Under the pieces are notes generated by a model. It had not been told where the DNA came from. It worked only from the letters and a program-made list of their open reading frames with translations, and did no database searches. From Selaginella moellendorffii (lineage: Eukaryota; Plantae; Lycopodiophyta): 64,000 bases of DNA. Every line of letters begins with the position of its first letter. Positions within the stretch are counted from its first letter, which is position 1. The position numbers and the translations under genes are program-made. Where the stretch lies: the NCBI RefSeq assembly GCF_000143415.4, contig NW_003314296.1:434001-498000 (forward strand). The letters run 5' to 3'. This document shows positions 34,340 through 45,726 of this stretch, piece by piece.

Positions 34340-37300
34340 TCACCGAAACTGGTGACCCCCCTGCGATGATCCCTGCAGCATCGCTGCGTAGTTCCCCGCC
34401 TTGATCTCCTCCAAAACCTTGAGCACCTCCCGCATCGTCGGCCGCCGGATGGGCAGCTCCGCGGTACACACCACCGCCAGCCGCAGGAACGCCAGCAGCT
34501 CCCCGGGAGCCGCCGAGCGCAGCACGATCCGGTCGCAAACCTCCGCCGCGATCCCCTTCTTCACGTGGTAAGCCGACCACTCGATCAAGTTCCCACACCC
34601 GTGATCCTTGTTCTCGCCTCCAAACGAGATGGACATGGGCCTCCTCCCGGTGACGAGCTCGAGCAGCACCACGCCAAAGCTGTAAACGTCGCCCCGCGCG
34701 GTAGCCCTCCACGTCTGGCAGTACTCCGGCGGTACGTAGCCCAGCGTCCCGGCCACCACCGTGCTTACGTGCGTCTCTTGCGCTCCGAGAACTCTGGCCA
34801 GCCCAAAGTCCGTGAGCCGCGGCTCGAAGTTGTCGTCCAGGAGGATGTTGCTAGCTTTCATGTCGCGGTGGACGATCGGCGGCGAGCAATTGTGGTGGAG
34901 GAACTTCAATCCTCTCGCGATCCCCAGTGCGATGTTGAGCCGGATCGGCCACTCTAGCGCTTGCGCTCCTCCGGGCTTCTCGTGGAGCCAGTCGTCCAGC
35001 GATCCCTTCTCCATGTACTTGTAGACGAGGAGCTTCTGGGTGCCATAGCTGGAGCAGCCGAGCAGCGGGACGAGGTTCTCGTGGTGCAGGTGACCCAGCG
35101 TCTCCATCTCCGCCAGGAACTCGCGATCGGCCTGGGGACCCTCCTGGATGAGCTTCTTGATCGCGACGGTGGATCCATCCGCGAGCTTGGCCTTGTAGAC
35201 GATGCCGAATCCACCGCTGCCCACCACATTCGTCTCGTCGAAATTGCTCGTCGCGGAGACGAGGTCCGAGTACGTGAGGTGCTTGGGGAGCTCCACCGAG
35301 AAGAGCGATACCTGGACGCTGGCGGCGGCGGCGTGATCCGGCGCGAAGTGGCGGTGGTGCTCCTTGCCGCCCACCATGACGAAGTCCATGGCGGCGCCAC
35401 CGGGCCCGGGCGGCGCCGCCTTGCCCAGGAGGCAAAACCCTAGCAGTGCGAGCACGATCAGCCCCAGCGTGCACGCCAGGCTGATCCCCACCACCGTCGC
35501 CACCGCGATCCGCGAGCTCCGCGGGAGGAATCCGCCCCCGCCGCCGCCTCCATCGCCATCGCCGCCGCCATCGCCGAGCTTCCCGCAAGATGGGAGGGAA
35601 GAATTAGGGTTCTTCATCCCCATGACGCTGGACGAGGAGGAGCACAGCTTGAGATCGCCCTCGTAGACGCTGGGGCCGAAGGTGGAGAATTGCTGACCGC
35701 TTGGGACTGGGCCGACGAGCTCTGGATTGTAGGAGATGTTGAATCGATTGAGCTTGGAGAGGTTCTGGAGCTCGCTGGGGATCCTCCCGCTGAGATTGTT
35801 GTAGCTGAGGTCCAGGCTCACCACGCAGGAGAGCGCGCCGATCGATCGCGGCACCGATCCGGAGAGGGCGTTGCGCGAGACATTGAGCCCCGTGAGCGCG
35901 ATGGAGTAGCTCTGGGGCATGGATCCAGTGAGGTTGTTTTGATCCAGGAAGAGGAGCCCCAAATGCCGGCAGCGATCCAGCGTCCCTGGGATGGGTCCTG
36001 TCAGTCGATTGCTCGCGAGCTGGATGTAGCCCATGGATTCCTCGGATGGGCGGCTGGGGCAGAGAGGATACATGAAGATCCCGCGGAGGAGCAAATTCCA
36101 GAAGCTCCGGCAGCGCTCGACCGTCATGACCGTGGAGATGAGATCGAAGGGAGGGTACTGGGAGGGGATCCAGCGCCTGACCGCTTCGCACTCGCCCATG
36201 CCCTTGGGGATGAGCGGTAGGGTTCTTGCGTTGAGCGCGAAGGTCGCATTGACGCCACTCCCGATGGAGGCGATGGATTCCGGCAGCGATCCCGACAAGC
36301 GATTGCTGGCCGCGTTGAGCCACAGGAGGCTGCTGCAATTCCCCAGCTCCGCCGGGATCTCGCCCTCCAGATCGTTGCTCGCGAGCATCAGCCACAGCAA
36401 GAACTTGAGGTTGCCCAGCGATGGAGGGATCCTGCCCGAGATTTGGTTGTGGGAGAGATCCAGCACCTGGAGATTGAGGAGCTTGCTGCCGATCTCGCGA
36501 GGGATCTCGCCGCTGAGCGCGTTCCCTGCCAGGAGCAAGAACTGGAGCTCGCTGGCGCCGGAGATTTCCACCGGGATCTCGCCCGTGAACAAATTGTTGC
36601 TGGCGTCGAGGTGCCGCAGCGATCGCAGCCCGCCCAGCCACGCCGGGACGGCGCCCACGAAGCGATTGGTGTAGACGCTCAGGAATTCCAGGCTCGAGAA
36701 CTTGGCGATGAATCCAGGCAGTGGCCCCGAGAGAGAATTCCCACTCACCGCAAGAACCCTAATCTTGGAACACCGCTCCAGCTCCGCGGGGAGCTCCGTG
36801 AACCCGTTGTGCGTCGCGAGGAGGCGCTCCAGCGCCGATAGCCCGCCGATCTCCCGCGGCAGGGAGTGGAAACTGTTCGCCGAGACGGCGAGATTGACGA
36901 GCTTGCTGCAGTTCTCGATCTGGGCGGGGATGTCTCCAGTGAGATTGTTGAGCGCCAGATCCAGGCTCTCGAGGTTCTGGCAGCTGGAGAAGAACTCCGG
37001 CGAGACCTCGCCCACGAATCCATTCTCGCGGAGGACGAGATTGGAGAGGAGCGGCAGCCTCGCGATCGTGTCGTCTGGGAGTGATCCTGTGAGATTGCAG
37101 CTTGAGACGTCGAGGAGCTCGATCGCGCGGCAGTTCTTGAGAGATCCCGGCAGGGGCCCGCCCAGGCCGGGATTGCTGGAGAGATTGAGCGCCTGGAGAT
37201 TGGCGCACGATCTGGGCGAGAAGAACTCGTCGGGGATCCCGCCCACGAGATCGTTGTAGGCGAGATTGATGGTGGCGAGAGAGGGCAGCTCGTCCAGGAG

Positions 37301-38137
37301 CGATGGCGGGATCGTGTCGTGGAGCTGGTTGCTGGAGAGATCGAGCTCGGCGAGGCTGGAGCAGCGGGAGAGATCGCCTGGGAGGCGGCCGGAGAAGGAA
37401 TTGAGCGCGAGGGAGAGCGAGGAGAGGTAGGAGAGATTGGCGAGGCCCTCGGGGATGGATCCGGCGAGATTGTTGGAGGAGAGATCGATGGCTGTGACGT
37501 GGACGCCCTCGGGCCCCTGGCTGCACTGGATCCCACCCCACTTGCAGGGATCGCCATCGCTAGGGTTCCAGCCATCGAGGATCGAGCTCTTCCCGGGGTT
37601 GTGCGCGACGATCGAGGCCTTGAAGGACAGCAGCGCTTGCATTTCTTGCTGGAGCGACAGTGAAGTGGCGCGGCCCACGAGAGATCGATCATCTGCTAGG
37701 TAGCAAAAGGAAAAGAATTAGCGAAGAACACATAGAACAGGGGATGCTCTGTTTTCTCTCGTGCTCTGGGGCGAAATTGGCACGCATTTTGGTGCCAATC
37801 AAGGGGGCATTTGACAGCCCACTTCGCCGCTCGCGGTGCTCTTGCCCGGGGCAGGCTCGAGCGCCGCGATTGGCGACGAATCGCCCGAGAGAAGCGAGAA
37901 GAAAGAGCAGTGTTGTGTACCTGGGCGATGATCCAAATCTCGGGTGGCGTAGGCACCGGGAACCTGGAGCAGCAGCGACGCGAGGCTGATGAGGAGCAAG
38001 AGATTGAGCCGGGAACACACTGGCGACGCTGGAAATCCAAAGCTTCCACCGCTGCTGCTGCTACTCGCCTGTTGGTGGTGCTCGAGGATGGGGCATTTTC
38101 GTGTGCGTTCTACAGGCCCCATCTCCCTATCCTCCAT
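34340..38137 (-). CDS. LRR-X receptor-like kinase with island domain, NILR1/At1g74360-like; exon 1 38137-37921, exon 2 37692-34340
   Basis: LRR N-cap (PCKWGGIQC), ~20 LRRs, island GECEAVRRWIPSQYPPF..CRSFWNLLLRG..YPLC, TM segment and RD kinase (HRDMK, DFG, GYVPPEY). The signal peptide lies on an upstream exon joined in phase 1. Confidence 0.92.
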
Positions 38138-39896
38138 AGGACCGCTGTTTCCAATCTATCTCCCTCCCAATCTCCTCGCAGCCAATGTAGGTAGCTCCTC
38201 GAGCGGAAAGAAGGCACAAGAACAAACGCAGAGCCTGTCTATCAGGCAAGCTCCTGACGGAATCCCCCAAATGCACGATCGATCTTTCTCTACACCCTCG
38301 CTTTTTCCAGTCCACTAGGCCTGGGATTGATCGTTTCCTCGTGTTCTTTCTTCTTCTGGCCGAGCAAAGCTCTGAGCAAGGAGCCAAAGGAGAAAGGGAG
38401 TGAAGTGAAGAGCTCTCTCTCCAAGTAGAAGAGAAAGAAGAAGAAGAAGAAGAGGCACTTTCACAGCCTTGTTTCGTGAAGCTAGCTAGTGACGACGCGG
38501 CTCAGTGCGAGGCTGATCCCAGAAAACGACCCCCAATCCCCCCCTGTCCCCCGACATTGGGATTTGCATTTATAATCGCGATCAGCCACGCCCAGATCCT
38601 TTCCCGAAAACCCTCTTCGTCATCATCTCGTGATCTCAAGGATCATTCCTCTCTATGTCTCTCTTTCTCTCTCTCTCTTTACCTCTCTCTTTCTTTCGAC
38701 TGATTGATCCGCTAGAGCTTATTCCTTGGGTTCCAAAGGGACAATCACAAGAACACGAATTTGATCGGGGTGGCGGTGCCCTCATTCACTCCTCTCGCCG
38801 CACGGAAGATCGAGACGCAATCGATGGATCGATCCACGGCTGGGGAAAAAGAAAAGAACGCCCGAGAAGAAGGCGAGGATTGACAAGAGGAGGGGAAAAG
38901 AAGGTGGTGTAAGTTTGGAGAGACAGGCAGGAAGCACATGGCAAAGACAGAGACTTATTTGTACAGAAGTTTGTGATAGATATATAAACAAAGCGCTGGC
39001 TCTAAAAATATAAAAATAAAGGTGATAAACCCTAACTGAGAGACGCAGCCACGAGGGGCTGTGGATAACCGATGACGCAAAAGACAGAGGGTTTCAGCCG
39101 ACATGGTGCCCAAATGCCGCGACACGGCAAATTCTGTCTGGCGAGTGAAATCGGAACATTTAGACTCCTAAACCATAAACCCTAAACCTGAAAAGTAATA
39201 TGCAAATGCAGGTTATCAGAGATTATGTAAGTTTTGAAACATTGCATGGATGCAAGAACGGGATTTTGCCGCATCATCTGCATTGTGGGATTATGTTTCT
39301 TCTGCAAAGTGAAACTTGCACAATATAATCACGATAACAACGAATTTAGAGATCAAAAGCTCCCTAAATATCTTTTCTTTTTCTTCTTTTCTTTTTTTTT
39401 TTTTTTGTGTGGTGAGAGCACGGGCAAAAGTTGCGTGTGTGTCCACCTTTTGAATGCGCGGAGTTGGCCTTGTCTGCTGTTGCACCTGCACACGGGCATC
39501 AACATACGCTCTCTCACTCGCCCAGCCTGACCCCAAAAACCCAGGCTTTTGGCCAGAGCGCGGTATATTCCTCCCGCCCCCCGGAAGAATATACCCCATA
39601 AACCTCATCCCGCATAATTTATTTATTATATAAATACCACTAAAAAACTGAGAAAAAAAAATGGAGGAGAGAAGAGAGTAAGTGGGATTGGACTGGCCGC
39701 CCCACGTCCACAAGGCCGGTCCAAATGGAACTACCGACAGCATCCACAACTCCCGAAGAACACCTGCTGGCATTGCCAAATTTCTGATCGATCCCCCACC
39801 CATCTCCATCTCTACGCTAGACATCTCGCGTACGTATTTTCATACGCGCCTCCCCAGTGACGTGAGCGGTTCACTCTTTAACTTGGGGAGAGTTTA

Positions 39897-39915
39897 AGAG
39901 AGAGAGAGAGAGAGA
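39897..39915. repeat. (GA)n microsatellite
   Basis: agagagagagagagagaga. Confidence 0.8.
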
Positions 39916-41142
39916 GGCATTCACTCTCCATGCACTTTTGGGTTTTTACCCTCCTTGATCCGAGTACACGTAGATATCTGGGCTAGCCTGTAGCCTTGTA
40001 CCGCATCTGCTGGTAAAAAGTCCACTATTTTACTGTTTACTTTTTGTCCCTGTGATTGATTGAGCCGTGTTGTGTGTGGGGAGGAAGAAATCATATATAA
40101 TGAGCCGGGACGCTCTCCTATGCATCTGAAAATCTTGCTGGAAAAGAAAGAGACACTTAAAATCAGCGATCACATGATCTTTGTAAAAGTAGCAATTTTT
40201 TTGCCAGTATCGTTGTTTGATCGCGAGGACGTCTTGTTTAATCGCGAGGGCGCAAACTATGCAAGGCGCACATTCAATGCCCAAGGAAAGATGTTGAGAG
40301 ATTCCAAGACTTTCATCGCTGCCGATGACTTGGACGCATGGAGCTCTATAATCTACGCATCCTTTCGTTGCCCCGCAGCTCTGGAGATCGTTAACAACAC
40401 GTTAGCGTGTCCACTGCATGGGGTCTTGTTAATATTCCCGCCCTCCAACATTGTCAAGAGCATGTCTTGATTAAATTTATCGCGATTAGTATAGTAGTGC
40501 TTCTTAGTGCGACCTTAAAAGATCTAAAACAATGTATATATATTAGTATAGCAATACATTCACAAGCTCGAGAATCTTGGACTAGTCAAGATGGCATATA
40601 TTTGTTTTGTCTATCGCATCCGGTGCTACACTTCTCAAATGAATGGCTTGATCGAATCGGTAAATTGGATAGATTATAGTAAAACTTGCACGTTACAACA
40701 CATGGGGTTCGCTCGCTCGCGATCAATCCATTCATTTCAAAAGAGAAAGATTATCGGCGGACCAAGCGGCCGGGTGGCCCACGTGTGCGACAAAGCTTTA
40801 CAAATTAGGTCAAGTTAGGTCATAAATCCCAATGCCAGCCACCAACAGCCCATGTACGTGCGCTGGGCACACGTGTGCGTGACCCCAAAATCCCTTTCCC
40901 GGGCATTTTGACAAATCAAGCCAACTAATTCTATTCTTCTCCAAGGAATTGGATCGTTGTTGGGATTGGACTGATTGATCTAAGTTTTTCCTTGCTTGGT
41001 TTCATTGTTTACTTCCTTCGGTGTTGAAGGAAGACAAAGAGTTCTTGCTTTCTTCCAACTGTATGAAAATGATCTCCCTCCCAACTTGACCATTTTTAAA
41101 CGCCGCCCAGCGAGGATTGAACCGCCGACTGGTTGAGACGTC

Positions 41143-42888
41143 GTGTCATGGCTCATGATGGGCATTGCGGGATATATCTATGCCCATGGCGGGCATGGGA
41201 GCATCGCCGCGGATCCTGCCACGGATCCCGGCGTGCACCCGTGCGGGTGGCACCGGGATTTAAAGGTGGCGCATATTCGTCCTGCCGGGGGGCATATGCT
41301 CTCCGTGTTAGCGACAAGAGAACAATGCGCGTGGGTTTCGATGCTGACTGCGTATTCCAGGGTGGGCGAAATGGAGCGCGCCCGCAGGATATTCGATGGA
41401 ATGCCCGAAAGGAACCTCGTGGCGTGGAACGCCATATTCGCGGCATATGCCAGAAATGGGCATCTGGAATATGCGAAGAGGATATTTGATGTCATGCCTC
41501 TGCTGGACATGGTTTCCTGGAATGGAATATTAGCTTCATATGCGCGAGAGGGTTTGATTCCGGCAATGGAAGAGATATTTGCCTCGATGCCTGGAAGGAA
41601 TCTAATCTCTTGGACTTGTGTCTTGAACGCATATGCCCAGATTGGGTATATTCGGGAAGCGGAGAGGATCTTTGAAGCCATGCCGGAAAGGAATCTCGTG
41701 TCATGGACGTGTATGGTCACGGCTTATGTCGTGGTGATGGATTTAAGCAATGCAATACAAGTGTTTAATGTGATGCCTGAGTGGAATCTTGTGTGTTTGA
41801 ACGCAATGCTTGGAGCGCATATTCATATAGGAATGTTTTCTCAGACGCAAGCGTTCTTCAAGGAAATGCCAGAGGCGGATTTAATCTCCTGGGTGTCAAT
41901 TCTTACAATTTGCGTAAGAGAGAATGATCTTGTCAAAGCTATTGAGGTTTATGACAAAATGCCACAACGAAATCTGGTGGCAATGAACGTCATGCTCTCT
42001 GGCTATGCCGAAAGTGGAGATGTTGGCAAGGCTAACTCTTTTTTTTATCAAATGCCTGCTCACAGCAACGTCTCTTTGACATTGATGCTAAATCTTTATA
42101 CTCAAACTGGAAATCTTGAAGCCGCAAAGGACTTCTTTGACAAAATTCTGCCCAAAGATATCATTTCTAACAATTCTATGCTTTCGGCATTTGCTTGTTC
42201 AGGGCATCTAGAGGAATCGGAGAGAATGTTTTACAGCCTACCAGAGTGGAGCCTCGCTTCATGGAATATTCTCTTGGCCGGATACAATCAATCAGGAAAA
42301 TTAGAGCACACAAGAAAATTATTCTTGAATATGCCAGAACACAGCCAGGTGTCGTGGAATATCCTCTTGGCAGCAAATGCCGCTACAGGGCATTTTCTTG
42401 AGTTAAAGAGTTTGTTCGATACGATGCCCGATACTGACGCCGCGTCGTGGACCACACTTCTCGCCACGTATGTCCAATCCGACCGCTCGATAGCCGCTGA
42501 CGTGTACGGCCAGATGAAGATGCTCTTCTCGCCCGACGACGTCAGCATCGTGTTCGCGCTCATTGCTTGCGGCCACGGCGGGAAGGTCCAGCAAGGGAGG
42601 GATTGCTTTGTGTCCATGAGTCTGGATTTTGGATTGGTGCCGAGCAAGCAGCACTACTGCTGCATGATCGATCTCCTGGCGCGATCGGGTCGGCTGGACA
42701 GCGCGATCGATCTCGCGGAGAGCATGCCCTTTGAGGCGAGCAGGATCGAATTGATGTGCCTGGTGGGCGCTTGCGGCAGCCAGAGAGAAATCCGGCGAGG
42801 AGGAGAGGCGAGCAAGATCGCCCTCGAATTTGATCCGGGCGATGGAAGGGCGATGGTAATGCTTGCTAATCTCTACTCGCAAAAGTAA
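41143..42888 (+). CDS. PLS-class PPR protein, S/SS-motif rich, E domain, no DYW; 5' end degenerate
   Basis: Tandem 31-aa MPERNLVxWxxM..AY repeats, ACGHGG, HYCCMIDLLARSGRL and MLANLYS. Confidence 0.88.
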   Translation: MSWLMMGIAGYIYAHGGHGSIAADPATDPGVHPCGWHRDLKVAHIRPAGGHMLSVLATREQCAWVSMLTAYSRVGEMERARRIFDGMPERNLVAWNAIFAAYARNGHLEYAKRIFDVMPLLDMVSWNGILASYAREGLIPAMEEIFASMPGRNLISWTCVLNAYAQIGYIREAERIFEAMPERNLVSWTCMVTAYVVVMDLSNAIQVFNVMPEWNLVCLNAMLGAHIHIGMFSQTQAFFKEMPEADLISWVSILTICVRENDLVKAIEVYDKMPQRNLVAMNVMLSGYAESGDVGKANSFFYQMPAHSNVSLTLMLNLYTQTGNLEAAKDFFDKILPKDIISNNSMLSAFACSGHLEESERMFYSLPEWSLASWNILLAGYNQSGKLEHTRKLFLNMPEHSQVSWNILLAANAATGHFLELKSLFDTMPDTDAASWTTLLATYVQSDRSIAADVYGQMKMLFSPDDVSIVFALIACGHGGKVQQGRDCFVSMSLDFGLVPSKQHYCCMIDLLARSGRLDSAIDLAESMPFEASRIELMCLVGACGSQREIRRGGEASKIALEFDPGDGRAMVMLANLYSQK

Positions 42889-42990
42889 AATCACACTAAC
42901 TCGAGTTTCTTCTCAAGTAAGCATATACCAATTTAAATAGTTGGTATAGTCCTAATATATTCACTACCATGGTAACATGGTATTTACATT

Positions 42991-43622
42991 TTAGATCTGG
43001 AGGCCAAAAACTGTGACAATGCAGTACATGGTTTTGTTCTCCCACCGTATGGTTTTGCTCCCTGTACGGACGGGTGTGTTCAATTCGGGAAAGATTCGAG
43101 GAATATGCCTACCATCGGCCGCGGTATCCCAGAAGCAGGATGTGGCGGTGACCATCCCCGCACCGTTCTTCTGCATTATCAAGCACGTCACTTAAACAAG
43201 GAGAGAATGTGGGTGATTAGTGGCTAATCAGGAGGGGAGATTTTGCTCGTCTCTCTACTCACCGGCATATTTGAAGGGCTTGTCAAGCTTGACAAGATTG
43301 TTGAGACAAACTTCGCAAACGCTGGTTGTCCAATCCGTCACCTTTTGTGTTTTGGATCAGTGATGCCTCCAAGAAAGTTGGAAAAACTTTTTCTTGGATG
43401 GAGTTTGGATCCGTCCGAGAAAGTTGGGGAGCTTGTTGCGAACCTTGTCGTGCCTAAACTGGTTGCTTCCGAGCGATTGATCCAGCGCGTCTTTGATGAT
43501 ACCATTGATCTCGTCTGGAAGAAACCTCGGCTGGAAGAAAGTTTGTCTTTGGGGACAAAGGATTAAACAGAAGAATGTGGCAAACTTACGTCGATTTTAA
43601 CCTCTGGAACTTCCTCAGACAT
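42991..43622 (-). CDS. TCTEX1: Dynein light chain Tctex-type 1 (115 aa; exons 43622-43590, 43530-43444, 43341-43263, 43190-43113, 43061-42991)
   Basis: The spliced protein [86 protein letters not shown] carries the DYNLT1 signature. Confidence 0.93.
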
Positions 43623-43694
43623 CGCTACTAGGCCTTCTTCTCGGCGTTTTTACTCCATGGCAACGTTGGTTATGGATTGCGGTTATAGTGGTAA

Positions 43695-43759
43695 GCTCCC
43701 TTTAGCTCAGCGTTGGTCTTATGAGGCAAAGGTCGCGAGTTCAAACCTCGCTGGGAGAA
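43695..43759 (+). pseudogene. tRNA-Ile(UAU) relic lacking the D-loop
   Basis: gctccct-ttagctcag[~10 nt missing]cg-ttggt-CT TAT GA-ggcaa-aggtc-gcgag-ttcaaac-ctcgc-tgggaga. The T arm is perfect; acceptor and anticodon stems have mismatches. Confidence 0.75.
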
Positions 43760-43812
43760 AAATTTCTTAAGCAAAGCTTTCGCTTTGAAAATTTAGGGCT
43801 CTTGACGCGGCC

Positions 43813-45564
43813 ATGGCGGCAATATCCTGCGCCTTGTCACTGAGGTAAGATTTTCGCCTTCCAAGCTCCCGGATTTGCAATGCGGCTGTCCACTGCAGTG
43901 GCCTGCGGAGTAATTTCTCCGGCGAGACTTTGGGCACCAGTATTTGCAGTAGCAGCAGCAGCGCCAGCGGCAATCTTCCTTTGAGAGTGATTTGCAAGGA
44001 ATCCAGGATCGGGAAGAGGCCGGTTGAGGTGCCGAAATCGGTGAATGTGGTGCTCCAAGGCCCGAATCTATCCGTCAAGGGCCCGCTGGGAGAGCTGACA
44101 CGCTACTATCCGCGAGAGGTCAGCCTCACCAGGGATGAGTCTGGGAGGATTGTCGTCACCAGGGCTCTGGAAACTCGGCGCGCTCGCCAAATGCACGGCC
44201 TTTTCAGGTTCTCTCCAAAGCTCTTTTTTTTCTTTCATAGCTTCCTGTTTCCAATTGTTCTTGGTTTTTCTTGTTAGAACTTTCTAGCTGCATTGAAGTT
44301 CTCTAGTTTCTCCACGATCTCTAGTTTTTGTTAGAACTTTCTAGCTGCATTGAAGTTTTCCAGTTTTTCCACGATCTCGGGTTCTAGTTTTTGTTAGAAC
44401 TTTCTAGCTGCATGAAGTTCTCCAGTTTCTCCTCAGTTTTTGTTAGAACTTTCTAGCTGCATTGAAGTTTTCCAGTTTTTCCACGATTTCGAGTTCTATT
44501 TTCTGTTAGAACTTTCTAGCTGCATTGAAGTTTTCCAGTTTTTCAACGATTTCGAGTTCTAGTTTTTGTTAAAACTTTCTAGCTGCATTGAAGTTCTCCA
44601 GTTTCTCCTCGATTCGAGCTCTAGTTTTTGTTAGAACTTTCTAGCTGCATTGAAGTTTTCCAGTTTTTCCACGATTTCGAGTTCTAGTTTTTGTTAAAAC
44701 TTTCTTGCTGGATTGAAGTTCTCCAGTTTCTCCTCGATTCGAGTTCTAGCATCTCGCACTTTCGAGCTCTAAGTTCTAGATCCAGCATTTGTTCTGGCAT
44801 TTGCATTGGACATCTTTCATCTTTCCAAGTTTTCCAAAACTCTTTTTCCTTTCATAGCTTGCCTGTTTCCAGGCATTTCTTAATCGTTAGAACTTTCTAG
44901 CTGCATTGAATGTCTCCAGTTTTTTTTTTGTTTTTTTTTTTTTTCCCGATTTCAAGTTCTTTTGCTTCTCAGCTCTAAGATCTAGATGTTCTGGCATTTG
45001 CATTGGACATCTTTCATCTTTCCAAGTTTTCCAAAACTCTTTCCTTTCATAGCTTGCCTGTTTCCAGGCATTCTTAATCGTTAGAACTTTCTAGCTGCAT
45101 TGATGTCTCCAGTTTTTTTTTTTTTTTTTCCCGATTTCGAGTTCTTTTGCTTCTCAGCTCTAAGATCTAGATGTTCTCGCATTTGCATTGGACATCTCTC
45201 ATCTTTCTAAGTTTTGTCCTTCTCCAGAACACTCACAGACAACATGGTCGTTGGCGTCTCTCAAGGCTTCGAGAAGAAACTCCAGATGGTCGGGGTCGGC
45301 TACCGTGCCACGGTCGAGCCCACCGAGATCATCCTCAACGTCGGCTTCTCGCACCCGGTGAAGATCAAGATCCCGGATGGTATCAGCGTCAAAGTCGAAG
45401 AAAACACTCGCATCACAGTCTCGGGGAGAGACAAGTGCGCCGTGGGCCAGTTCGCGGCGATCATAAGATCGTGGAGACCTCCAGAGCCTTACAAGGGGAA
45501 AGGGATCAAATACGCGGACGAAGTTATCAGGAGGAAAGAAGGCAAAGCGGGCAAAAAGAAGTAA
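43813..45564 (+). CDS. RPL6: Plastid 50S ribosomal protein L6 precursor (exons 43813-43844, 43899-44207, 45228-45564)
   Basis: Transit peptide followed by [64 protein letters not shown]. Confidence 0.95.
44273..45170 (+). repeat. Intronic minisatellite (~63-bp unit, 8 tandem copies) plus a ~190-bp duplication
   Basis: gttagaactttctagctgcattga recurs at ~44273, 44330, 44393, 44442, 44505, 44568, 44630, 44693, 44887 and 45080. Confidence 0.95.
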
Positions 45565-45726
45565 CGTGAGAGAAATGTCCAAGTCCCAACGCGTCTTGGG
45601 TTCGATTCCTTTGTCTATCTTCTTGGACGTCTCAGGCTCGATTCCTGGGGTGGTGGAAATAGTTTTTGGTTCTTAACGGGAGCCCTTATTCTCTCCCAGT
45701 GTTGCGAGAGGGATTTTTCGAAGTGG

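Noticed and set aside
34565-37703. Many long overlapping or antisense ORFs over the receptor kinase (and likewise over the PPR genes)
   Set aside because: Expected shadows of high-GC3 codon usage; the products are low-complexity and Arg/Pro-rich with no motifs.
34340-38137. Calling this BRI1, EMS1 or PSKR
   Set aside because: The island-domain sequence is NILR1-type; only the kinase resembles those receptors.
40030-40470. 136-aa and 84-aa ORFs upstream of the PPR gene
   Set aside because: Non-ATG starts, no motifs and no supporting splice structure.
44273-44750. Regularly spaced repeats resembling a CRISPR array
   Set aside because: The inter-repeat sequence is itself repeated (no unique spacers), the array lies in a eukaryotic intron, and there are no cas genes.
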